Below, in pieces: positions 56,464 through 64,000 of a stretch of DNA of 64,000 nt. The stretch spans positions 6,532-70,531 of the forward strand of contig JACJWK010000015.1 of NCBI GenBank assembly GCA_020637195.1, read 5' to 3'. Every line of letters begins with the position of its first letter. The stretch's first letter is position 1. The notes under the pieces were generated by a model. That model saw only the letters and a list, made by a program, of their open reading frames with translations, did not search any database and was not told the DNA's origin. Position numbers and translations under genes: made by a program. Origin of the DNA: Microthrixaceae bacterium. GTDB taxonomy: Bacteria > Actinomycetota > Acidimicrobiia > Acidimicrobiales > DATDAH01.

Positions 56464-57819
56464 GTGAAGTTCGGACTGTTCTACGAGCACCAGCTCCCCC
56501 GGCCCTGGGACGAGGACAGCGAGCTGCGGCTCGTCCAGGACGCCCTCGACCAGATCGAGCTCGCCGACCGCCTCGGCATCGAGTACTGCTGGGAGGTCGA
56601 GCACCACTTCCTCGAGGAGTACTCGCACTCGAGCGCCCCCGAGGTGTTCCTCGCGGCCGCCAGCCAGCGCACCACCGACATGCGCCTCGGCCACGGGATC
56701 ATCCAGACCGCGCCGGGCTACAACCACCCGGTCCGCACCGCCGAGCGCGTGGCCATGCTCGACCTGGTGTCGGGTGGCCGGGCCGAGTTCGGCTCGGGCG
56801 AGTCGTCCTCGGAGGCCGAGCTCGGCGGCTTCGGCATCGACCCCGTGGTCAAGCGCGACCAGTGGCTCGAGGGGCTCCAGGTGGCGATCCGGGCCATGAC
56901 CGAGACCCCCTTCACGGGCCACGAGGGTCGGTTCGTCCAGGTCCCGCCCCGCAACGTCGTGCCCAAGCCGGTGCAGAAGCCGCATCCGCCGCTGTGGGTG
57001 GCGTGCTCGCGGCGCGACACCATCCTGCTCGCGGCCGAGAAGGGCATCGGGGCGCTGGCCTTCGCGTTCATCGACCCCGAGGAGGCCCGCCACTGGGTGG
57101 ACGACTACACGTCGGTGATGGCCGAGCGCTGCGTCCCCGTGGGCCAGGCCGTCAACCACAACATCGCCTGCGTCACCCCGATGATGTGCGCGCCCTCCGA
57201 GGACGCGGCCATCGCGATGGGCCTCGAGGGCGGCAACTTCTTCGGCTACTCGCTCGCCCATTACTACGTGTTCGGCGACCACGTGCCCGGCCGAACGGAC
57301 GTGTGGCAGGAGTTCGTGGCCAAGCGCGACGAGATGGGCTACTCGCCCGAGGCCGCCCTCGCCGCCCAGAAGGAGGTGCTCGGCGCGCAGGTGGCCGCGG
57401 GCGACAGCAGCGGCCTGCGGGGCGCCGTGGGCACACCCGCGCAGATCCGCGAGTTCCTGCGGCGCTACGAGGAGGCGGGCGTCGACCAGGTGATCTTCGT
57501 CATGCAGGCGGGCCGCAACCGCCACGAGGACATCATGGCGAGCCTCGAGCTCTTCGCCGCCGAGGTGCTCCCCGAGTTCAAAGCGCGCGACGAGGCGGCG
57601 TCGCGGGCGAAGACCGAGCGCCTCGCCCCCGTCGTCGACGCGGCGATGGCCCGGCGGGTGGACGACGCGCCGCCGATGCCCGAGGGCTACGTCATGCGGG
57701 CGCTCCCGAAGGCCATGGTCGAGGCCGCCGACTCGGACGAGGGCCGGCAGTTCCTCGACGACCTGGCGGACCAGAGCGCGATCGGCGACCAGGACGGCAT
57801 GTCGAGCCTGTTGGGCTGA
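56464..57819 (+). CDS. LLM-class flavin-dependent oxidoreductase (luciferase-like monooxygenase)
   Basis: VKFGLFYEHQ..EYCWEVEHHF..HPPLWVA. Confidence 0.8.
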   Translation: MKFGLFYEHQLPRPWDEDSELRLVQDALDQIELADRLGIEYCWEVEHHFLEEYSHSSAPEVFLAAASQRTTDMRLGHGIIQTAPGYNHPVRTAERVAMLDLVSGGRAEFGSGESSSEAELGGFGIDPVVKRDQWLEGLQVAIRAMTETPFTGHEGRFVQVPPRNVVPKPVQKPHPPLWVACSRRDTILLAAEKGIGALAFAFIDPEEARHWVDDYTSVMAERCVPVGQAVNHNIACVTPMMCAPSEDAAIAMGLEGGNFFGYSLAHYYVFGDHVPGRTDVWQEFVAKRDEMGYSPEAALAAQKEVLGAQVAAGDSSGLRGAVGTPAQIREFLRRYEEAGVDQVIFVMQAGRNRHEDIMASLELFAAEVLPEFKARDEAASRAKTERLAPVVDAAMARRVDDAPPMPEGYVMRALPKAMVEAADSDEGRQFLDDLADQSAIGDQDGMSSLLG

Positions 57820-57856
57820 CCGCGACCCCGCCGGGGCTGGCCGTCGGCCGTCGGCG

Positions 57857-59323
57857 TCAGCCGCAGGACGTCAACGTGGCGAAGCCGTCGTCGGCAACGA
57901 CGTCGGCGCCGGACCGGGTCGACGCCCACTCGTCGAGCGCGTCGGCGATCTCGGTGGTGTCGGCGGCGGTGTCGCCCTCGAAGCGGACCCGCAGGCAGGT
58001 GCGGTCCTGCTCCTGCCACGCCACGTACTGGTCACCGCCCCAGCCGACCGCCGCGCGGGCCGCGGTCTGCTGGTCGACGCCCCCGTCGGTGAGCAGCACC
58101 AGCAGCAGGAACTGGCCGAACGTCCCCTGGTCGAAGACCTCGCCGTCGGCCGGGGGCTCGGCGACGTCGAGCGGCTGCTCGCCCGACAGGTACAGGTCCG
58201 GGTCGAGGACCTGCTCGCTCGACACCGGTGGGTCGCCGAAGGCCTGGTCGACCGCGGTCTCGCCGCCGTGGTCGACGATGGCGTCGATCAACGGCGGGCC
58301 CAGCTCGTAGGGCGCGCCGATGAGGGCGAGGAGGATCTCGGGGAACTGGCTGAAGTCGGCGCTGTCGCCGATGGCAGCCTCCTCCTCGTCGTAGGCGCGT
58401 CGCTCGTCGTCGGTGAACGTGGCCTGGTAGGCCTCCTCGACCGTCACCGCGTTGCCCTCGACGAGCGCGGAGAACGCGAACCCGGTCTCGTCGTCGGCGT
58501 CGTCGAGCTCGGGACGGGCCAGCTCGAAGTGCTGGTCGTCGAGGGCGTGGGTGAGCTCGTGCACGATCGTCGACCGGGCGTACGGCGTGGGCGACTCGCC
58601 CCGCACGACCAGCTCGTTCGTCTCGGGGTCGTAGAACCCGACGACGCCGGCGCTCAGCACCCCCTCGAGCTGGCTGACGAGGTCGTCGTCGCCGTCGAGG
58701 AACCCGAGGGCGCGGAAGACGTCCTCGGTCTCGCGCAGGTCCGCCTCGTCCTCGGCCTCGAAGTCGTCGAGCAGTCGCTGCTCGAACTCGTCGTCGCCGG
58801 CCAGCTCCACGTCGACCGGCTCGCGGAACTCGAGGCCCCGCTCCTGCTCGACGAACCCGCTCAGCTCGGCCACCGTGGCCTCGAGGTCGTCGTCGGTCGG
58901 GCCGCCGGCGGTGGTGGACGTGGTGGCGCCCGGCGCCTCGGTGGGCGCCGGGGACGCGGCCTCGTCGCCGTCGCGGGTGAGGAGCCAGGCCACTCCCATG
59001 GCCAGGGCCACGAGGGCGACCGCCGCGGGCACCGCGACGAGCGCCGCCACCTTCCGCGGCCCGCGGGAGGGCGCGGGCGGGGCGCCGGCCGCCGGAGGCG
59101 GGGCGCCGGGCAGGAACCCAGGCGGCCCGGGCGGCTCCGGGTGGCACCCGGCGGGACAGCATCCGGGCCGGTCACGAGGGCGCGAGGAGGACCGGCGGCC
59201 GGCGTCGGCACCCAGCCATGACGCCGGAGGGGTGTGGCGGCGGGCCGGCGGCGGGGAGGCGGTGGCGGGACCCGAGGACCCCGAGGGTGGGCCGGCGGCG
59301 TCGGGGCCGGGCTGGTCGCTCAC
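57857..59323 (-). CDS. Membrane-anchored putative zinc metallopeptidase (HExxH) with Pro-rich N-terminus
   Basis: HELTHALDDQH; single TM VAALVAVPAAVALVALAMGVAWLL. Start is uncertain. Confidence 0.55.
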   Translation of the reverse strand: MSDQPGPDAAGPPSGSSGPATASPPPARRHTPPASWLGADAGRRSSSRPRDRPGCCPAGCHPEPPGPPGFLPGAPPPAAGAPPAPSRGPRKVAALVAVPAAVALVALAMGVAWLLTRDGDEAASPAPTEAPGATTSTTAGGPTDDDLEATVAELSGFVEQERGLEFREPVDVELAGDDEFEQRLLDDFEAEDEADLRETEDVFRALGFLDGDDDLVSQLEGVLSAGVVGFYDPETNELVVRGESPTPYARSTIVHELTHALDDQHFELARPELDDADDETGFAFSALVEGNAVTVEEAYQATFTDDERRAYDEEEAAIGDSADFSQFPEILLALIGAPYELGPPLIDAIVDHGGETAVDQAFGDPPVSSEQVLDPDLYLSGEQPLDVAEPPADGEVFDQGTFGQFLLLVLLTDGGVDQQTAARAAVGWGGDQYVAWQEQDRTCLRVRFEGDTAADTTEIADALDEWASTRSGADVVADDGFATLTSCG

Positions 59324-59394
59324 CGGGGGAACGGTACCGGGTGGCCGATCGGCTCCCGTCGCGCCCGGCCGCGGCCGACCGGGGGCCGACGACC

Positions 59395-60846
59395 TCAGGC
59401 GGGCGAGGCGTCCGGCGCCGCGCGGGCCGCCGCCGGCGGCGGATAGGTGGCCCGCAGCTCCTCGAGCGCCGCCTCCATGCCGTCGAGGATCCCGCGGAGG
59501 TCGGGGAGCACGTCCCGGCACGCGATCGCGCTCACGTGCACCTGGTCCAGGTAGCTCCACGCCGTGACGTTGAGCCCGATGTTCTCGAGGACCGGTCCCA
59601 CCGAGTAGATGGCCTCGAGGCGAGCCCCCGCGATGTACAGCGGGTCGCGCGGGCCGGGGACGTTGGACACGACCACGTTGATGGGAGGCCGGTGCCGGTC
59701 GGCGAGGCGCAGCCGCGAGTACTGGCGGGCCAGGAAGGAGTAGGGCCGTGGCGGCGTGAACTCCACCCAGTCCGCCAGCATGTCCACCCCGAGCAGGTTG
59801 TGGACCTCCTTGGCCGCCGCCGTCACCTCGTGCACGGCGGCGAGGCGCTCGGCGGGGTCGTCGAGGTGGGTCGGCAGCGCGGTGAACAGGTTGGACACCT
59901 TGTTGCCCCCGAGGCGACGCACCTCCTCGGGCCGGTCGGTCGACACGGGCACCCCCGCCACGAGCGGGGTGACGGGCAGCTCGTCGCGCGCCACCAGGTA
60001 CGACCGCAGGGCCCCGGCCACCAGGGTGAGCAGCACGTCGTTGACGGTGGCACCGGCGGCGGCCTTGACCGCGCGGATCTCGTCGAGGGGCAGCGTGGTG
60101 GTGGCGAAGGACCGGCGCGCGGTGAGCGCGGTGGAGAACGAGACGTTGGGGGTGTCCAGCACGGGCACGGGAGGGGACACCTCGGCGGTGCGTCGGCGCC
60201 GCCCCACCGCGAGCAGGCTGCGCAGGGTGCGACGCACCAACGCCGGGATGCGCCCGAGACCGGCGAGCACCTCCACGACGGCAGCCCACAGCAGGCGCCA
60301 CCGCGACGGCAGGGGCTCGCCCGTCCAGGCGCGCCCGCCGTCCGGGTCCACGGGGGGCTCGGGCGGGTCGGGCTCGAGGTCCATCACGTTGGCCAGCAGC
60401 TCCGCGGCGGCCACGCCGTCGGCGAGCGAGTGGTGCAGCTTCGCCACGAACCCGATGTGACCGTCGGGCATGCCCTCGAGCACGACGATCTCCCAGAGCG
60501 GCCGGTCCCGGGGCAACGGCGTCGAGGCGACGGCGGCGATGGCACGATCCATCTCGCGGCGGCCGGCGGGGGCGTCGAGCACGACCCGCCGGATGTGGCG
60601 GTCGAGCTCGAAGTCGGGGTCGTCCACCCACACCGGGTGGTGGAGACCGAAGGGCACCTCGACGACGCGGCGGCGGAACGGCGGGAGCAGGTGCAGGCGC
60701 TCGCCGAGGACCTCACGGAAGCGCTCGAAGGTGTAGCCCCCCGGCACCGTGGCGGGGTCGATCACCGCGGCCTTGATCGTGTGCATGTGGATGGTGGGCG
60801 TCTCCATGTAGAGGAAGCCCGCGTCCATCCCGGTCATGCGCTCCAT
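59395..60846 (-). CDS. Wax ester synthase/diacylglycerol acyltransferase (WS/DGAT)
   Basis: HHSLADG active-site motif; N-terminal MDAGFLYMET; C-terminal NVPGP. 483 aa. Confidence 0.88.
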   Translation of the reverse strand: MERMTGMDAGFLYMETPTIHMHTIKAAVIDPATVPGGYTFERFREVLGERLHLLPPFRRRVVEVPFGLHHPVWVDDPDFELDRHIRRVVLDAPAGRREMDRAIAAVASTPLPRDRPLWEIVVLEGMPDGHIGFVAKLHHSLADGVAAAELLANVMDLEPDPPEPPVDPDGGRAWTGEPLPSRWRLLWAAVVEVLAGLGRIPALVRRTLRSLLAVGRRRRTAEVSPPVPVLDTPNVSFSTALTARRSFATTTLPLDEIRAVKAAAGATVNDVLLTLVAGALRSYLVARDELPVTPLVAGVPVSTDRPEEVRRLGGNKVSNLFTALPTHLDDPAERLAAVHEVTAAAKEVHNLLGVDMLADWVEFTPPRPYSFLARQYSRLRLADRHRPPINVVVSNVPGPRDPLYIAGARLEAIYSVGPVLENIGLNVTAWSYLDQVHVSAIACRDVLPDLRGILDGMEAALEELRATYPPPAAARAAPDASPA

Positions 60847-60937
60847 CGGCCGCGATTGTGACACCGCGGCGCGGGCACCGCTCGGGGTGCGGGGGCCGCC
60901 GGCGTGGAGGGCGGGACGCGCGCGAGAAGATGGGGCC

Positions 60938-61732
60938 ATGCGAGGGATCGACGAGCGGGTGGTGGTGGTCACCGGGGCGGCATCGGGGATCGGCCGGGCC
61001 ACGGTGGAGCGGCTGATCAACGAGGGGGCCCGGGTGGTGGGTGCCGACGTGGGCGCCGGCGGCGATCCCGACGTGCCCGGCGAGCAGTACCTCGACGTGC
61101 CCACCGACGTCACCGACGAGGCCGCGGTCGCGGCACTCGTGCGGGCCGCGGTCAGCGCCTTCGGCCGGGTCGACGGGGTGGTGAACGCGGCCGGCGTGGC
61201 CGGCGGCGGCCCCGTCCACCTCGTGGACGACACCGAGTGGCGCCGGGTCGTCGACGTCAACCTCCGGGGCACGTTCCTCGTGGCCAAGCACGTCGCCGCG
61301 GCGATGCTCGACCAGGCGCCCCGGCCCGGTGGCGAGCGGGGCTCGATCGTCACCATCGCCAGCGTCGAGGGCCTCGAGGGCACCGCCGGCGGCAGTGCCT
61401 ACAACGCCTCGAAGGGCGGGGTGGTGCTGCTCACCAAGAACCTGGCCATCGACTACGGGCGCCAGGGCGTCCGCGCCAACGCGGTCTGCCCGGGCTTCAT
61501 CGACACCCCGCTCTACCAGTCCGTGGTGGGCATGCCGGGGATGGAGGCGGTCGCCGAGGCGACGATCCACGAGCACAAGCTGCGCCGCCTCGGGCGTGCC
61601 GACGAGGTGGCGGCGCTGTGCACCTACCTGCTCTCGGACGACGCCTCGTTCGTCAGCGGGCAGGCCATCGCGGTCGACGGCGGCTACACGGCGGGACGCG
61701 ACCACGGTGTGACGGAGCTGATGGGCCTGTAG
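60938..61732 (+). CDS. SDR-family oxidoreductase
   Basis: VTGAASGIG, NAAG, S..YNASK. Confidence 0.85.
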   Translation: MRGIDERVVVVTGAASGIGRATVERLINEGARVVGADVGAGGDPDVPGEQYLDVPTDVTDEAAVAALVRAAVSAFGRVDGVVNAAGVAGGGPVHLVDDTEWRRVVDVNLRGTFLVAKHVAAAMLDQAPRPGGERGSIVTIASVEGLEGTAGGSAYNASKGGVVLLTKNLAIDYGRQGVRANAVCPGFIDTPLYQSVVGMPGMEAVAEATIHEHKLRRLGRADEVAALCTYLLSDDASFVSGQAIAVDGGYTAGRDHGVTELMGL

Positions 61733-61766
61733 CCGCCCGGGAATGCCGAGGGCCCTCCCGGCGTTG

Positions 61767-61786
61767 TTACTTGCATAAGCAAGTAA
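61767..61786. promoter_or_regulatory. Perfect 8-bp inverted repeat TTACTTGC-ATAA-GCAAGTAA, 17 nt upstream of the pirin ATG; candidate operator
   Basis: Seen directly. It lies in an AT-rich 35-nt island between the SDR stop (61732) and the GAGGA RBS. Confidence 0.45.
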
Positions 61787-61802
61787 TTGAGAGGACGAGG
61801 CC

Positions 61803-62522
61803 ATGAGCGTTTCCGCCCCCACCATCGACGTCCACCGGGCCGACACCCGCCCGCGCACCCGCATCGACTGGCTCGACAGCCGCCACAGCTTCAGCTTCGG
61901 GCGCCACTACGACCCCACCAACGTCGGCCACGGGCTGCTGCTCGTGTCCAACGACGACCGGGTCCGGGCCGGCACCGGCTTCACCACGCACCCCCACCAG
62001 GACATGGAGATCGTCACCTGGGTGCTCTCGGGCCGCCTCGAGCACAAGGACTCCGAGGGCAACCACGGCGAGATCTACCCCGGCCTCGCGCAGCGGATGA
62101 GCGCCGGCACGGGCATCTGGCACTCGGAGATGAACCCCTCGCCGACCGAGGACGTGCACTTCGTGCAGATGTGGGTGCTGCCCGACACCGAGCGCGTCCA
62201 CCCCGGCTACGAGCAGCGCGACATCAACGCCGAGCTCGACGGGGGCGGGCTCTGGCCCATCGCCTCGGGCCAGGGCCACGACGCCGCCGTCTCGATCCGC
62301 CAGCGCGACGCCGTGCTCTGGGGAGGGCGGCTCGGCCCCGGCGAGCAGGTGGCGCTGCCCGACGGGCGCCACGCCCACCTCTTCGTCGCCGCCGGTTCGG
62401 CCGCGCTGGAGGCCGCCGGCGACCTGGCCGAGGGCGACGCCGCCCGCCTCACCGGCGCCGGCTCGCCCCGCCTCACCGCCGGCCCGTCCGGCGCCGAGGT
62501 GCTGGTCTGGGTCACCGCCTGA
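61803..62522 (+). CDS. Pirin-family protein (bicupin)
   Basis: SFSFGRHYDP..GFTTHPHQDMEIVTWVL..H.DS.GN. Confidence 0.88.
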   Translation: MSVSAPTIDVHRADTRPRTRIDWLDSRHSFSFGRHYDPTNVGHGLLLVSNDDRVRAGTGFTTHPHQDMEIVTWVLSGRLEHKDSEGNHGEIYPGLAQRMSAGTGIWHSEMNPSPTEDVHFVQMWVLPDTERVHPGYEQRDINAELDGGGLWPIASGQGHDAAVSIRQRDAVLWGGRLGPGEQVALPDGRHAHLFVAAGSAALEAAGDLAEGDAARLTGAGSPRLTAGPSGAEVLVWVTA

Positions 62523-62540
62523 GGCCCGTCACCCCGTTCC

Positions 62541-62579
62541 CGAGGCATCGGCGGTCGGATTCCGACCGCCGATGCCTCG
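62541..62579. terminator. Perfect 18-bp-stem/3-nt-loop hairpin after the pirin gene; same family as the 39314/40352 hairpins
   Basis: CGAGGCATCGGCGGTCGG-att-CCGACCGCCGATGCCTCG. The left flank accccgttcc matches accccgttct at 39304-39313. Confidence 0.6.
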
Positions 62580-62600
62580 ACGTCGCGGGATGATCGGGGG

Positions 62601-62939
62601 ATGAGCGACACCGAGCACGTCGTGGTGATGACGACCACCGACGATCCCGACGAGGCCGCGGCCCTGGCGCGGGCGCTGGTCGACGCGCGGCTGGCGGCGT
62701 GCGTGCAGGCGATGCCGATCACGTCGACCTACCGCTGGGAGGGCGCGGTCGAGACCGCCGACGAGCGCCTCCTGCTGGTCAAGACCCGGGCCGACCGGGT
62801 GGAGGAGGTGAAGGCCCACCTCGACGCGCACCACTCGTACGACACGCCCGAGTGCGTCGTCGTGCCGGTCACCGACGGGCTGCCCCCCTACCTGGGGTGG
62901 ATCGACGCCTCGGTGGGGCGCACCGCCACGCAGACGTAG
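62601..62939 (+). CDS. cutA: Divalent-cation tolerance protein CutA
   Basis: CutA1-like sequence (LAACVQAMPITSTYRWEGAVE..LLLVKT..HSYDTPE). Confidence 0.85.
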   Translation: MSDTEHVVVMTTTDDPDEAAALARALVDARLAACVQAMPITSTYRWEGAVETADERLLLVKTRADRVEEVKAHLDAHHSYDTPECVVVPVTDGLPPYLGWIDASVGRTATQT

Positions 62940-62971
62940 GCCGGCCGGCGCCGCCGACGACGGCCGCGGCG

Positions 62972-63057
62972 TGCCCGGGGCGGGGATCGAACCCGCACGG
63001 GGCCGGAGCCCCAGAGGGGTTTAAGCCCTCCGCGTCTGCCAGTTGCGCCACCCGGGC
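62972..63057 (-). tRNA. tRNA-Leu, anticodon UAA; class II with a long variable arm; CCA not encoded
   Basis: Manual fold: acceptor GCCCGGG/CCCGGGC, anticodon stem GAGGG/CCCTC with loop CTTAAAC, variable arm TGGGGCTCCGGCCCCGT, T-arm GCGGG-TTCGATC-CCCGC. Confidence 0.9.
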
Positions 63058-63074
63058 GGGCGGGCCAACGGTAC

Positions 63075-63383
63075 TCAGGCGGCCTGGAGGCCGCCGCCCT
63101 CCACCGCCGACCACATGGCGGTGCGGCACTGGTCGGCGGCGCCGCCGGACAGGGCGTTGGCCACCACGACGCCCTCGACCATGTCGGCCAGCACCGCCAC
63201 CCAGGGGCGCCCGCGCAGGCGCACCGACACGGTGGCCGCCCCGTCGGGCCGCCGGCGGATGGAGCGGTCGACGCCGACGAGCCGGGGCGGGCTGCGGAAC
63301 GCCGGCACCGCCAGCCCCCGCCGCCGGGCGGCGTGGGCCAGGCTGCGGGCGGCGGCGGCGAAGCGCAGGGACGTGGCCTCCAT
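63075..63383 (-). CDS. Small conserved hypothetical protein (102 aa)
   Basis: Only the C-terminal third of track ORF 63075-63995 has plausible coding composition (MEATSLRFAAAARSLAH..). The upstream part is Ser/Arg-rich antisense of the edge ORF. Confidence 0.4.
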   Translation of the reverse strand: MEATSLRFAAAARSLAHAARRRGLAVPAFRSPPRLVGVDRSIRRRPDGAATVSVRLRGRPWVAVLADMVEGVVVANALSGGAADQCRTAMWSAVEGGGLQAA

Positions 63384-64000
63384 CCCCGCCATCATCCCCA
63401 CCCCCAGTGACATCCTCGCCGGGCCGTACGATCCCGTCGTGGAGGAGGTGCCGCTCAACCCCGCCCAGGCCGACCTGCTGGCCCAGCTGCGCAGCGTCGA
63501 CGAGGACGACCGGGCCTTCGACGCCGAGCTGCGCGTCGAGCTCCGGGCCGAGCTCGAGGCCCGCCTCGCCCCGGTCGTCGCCTCGCTGCCCCGCACGCCC
63601 CTCTTCGTCAACAAGCACCTGTTGGGCCAGGTGCACGGCTGCGAGGTGCGCTTCGTCCACGAGGACGCCGAGCGGGGCTTCGCCTGGACCCCGGCGCTGG
63701 CCCGCGGCTCGGTGGCCCACAAGGCCATCGAGCTGTCGATGAACCTGCCGGGGCACCCCGCACCGCTCGTCCTCGTGGACGAGGCCGTCGAGCGCCTCCG
63801 CGAGAGCGACCGGAGCCTCGGCGAGTGGCTCCAGACCTGCTCGGAGGCCGACCGGGCCGAGCTGCGCGGCGAGGCCAACGACCAGGTGGCCAAGTTCCTC
63901 GAGTGCTGGCCGCCGCTCAAGCGGGCCTGGCGGCCCGTCCCCGAGTCCAAGGTGAGCGCCGACCTCTGCGGCGACGCCGTGCGCCTCTCCGGCAAGGTCG
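63373..64000 (+). CDS. PD-(D/E)xK nuclease-superfamily-like protein, 3'-truncated by the window edge. It is absent from the supplied ORF track because it has no stop in the window.
   Basis: Frame 1 reads ..DILAGPYDPVVEEVPLNPAQADLLAQLRS..NKHLLGQVHGCEVRFVHED..ARGSVAHKAIE.. with normal high-GC codon bias to the last base. Start is uncertain (GTG 63373, 63439 or 63448). Confidence 0.5.
   Translation, partial: MASIPAIIPTPSDILAGPYDPVVEEVPLNPAQADLLAQLRSVDEDDRAFDAELRVELRAELEARLAPVVASLPRTPLFVNKHLLGQVHGCEVRFVHEDAERGFAWTPALARGSVAHKAIELSMNLPGHPAPLVLVDEAVERLRESDRSLGEWLQTCSEADRAELRGEANDQVAKFLECWPPLKRAWRPVPESKVSADLCGDAVRLSGKV

Overview
By eye the window is over 70% GC. Gene content points to an actinobacterial chromosome: F420/LLM enzymes, WS/DGAT, a suf operon with an embedded Rieske ferredoxin, and a DUF559 gene. 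This taxonomic call is inference only. I support about 55 protein genes, one tRNA-Leu(UAA), three or four pseudogenes, and a small family of 18-bp-stem hairpins. Many long ORFs in the six-frame track are Arg/Pro/Ala-rich shadow frames, or fusions of adjacent genes, and I rejected them.

Main points:
1. **Split suf operon.** sufS-sufU (1-1553, +) and sufC-Rieske-sufD (7668-10089, -) converge on an ADP-heptose/GT9 block. sufB (17747-19150, -) is separated from sufD by a 7.6-kb cassette.
2. **Most interesting candidate system.** The 7.6-kb cassette carries a GT-C glycosyltransferase, a membrane-anchored SGNH protein, a B12-binding radical SAM enzyme, two paralogues of an apparently domain-permuted Rieske oxygenase, and a small Cys4 protein.
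3. **Rearranged heptose pathway.** It has a GmhA-adenylyltransferase fusion, a stand-alone kinase, GmhB, GT9 and a large polytopic membrane protein.
4. **Hairpin-targeted insertion.** A DUF559/AbiEi-like endonuclease gene sits between two copies of a 45-bp terminator-like hairpin, between the ethylmalonyl-CoA-pathway-like genes mcd and mcl.
5. **Decay zone at 49.1-51.7 kb.** It contains a multiply frameshifted DUF433/DUF5615 pair and an acyl-CoA synthetase with three indels. A frameshifted methyltransferase lies near 36.07 kb.

The rest is ordinary housekeeping and accessory metabolism: fumC, ABC-F, ABC exporters, an ECF sigma/anti-sigma pair, an S8 protease, pirin, cutA and others. All functional calls come from motif and family recognition by eye. 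No database search was run.
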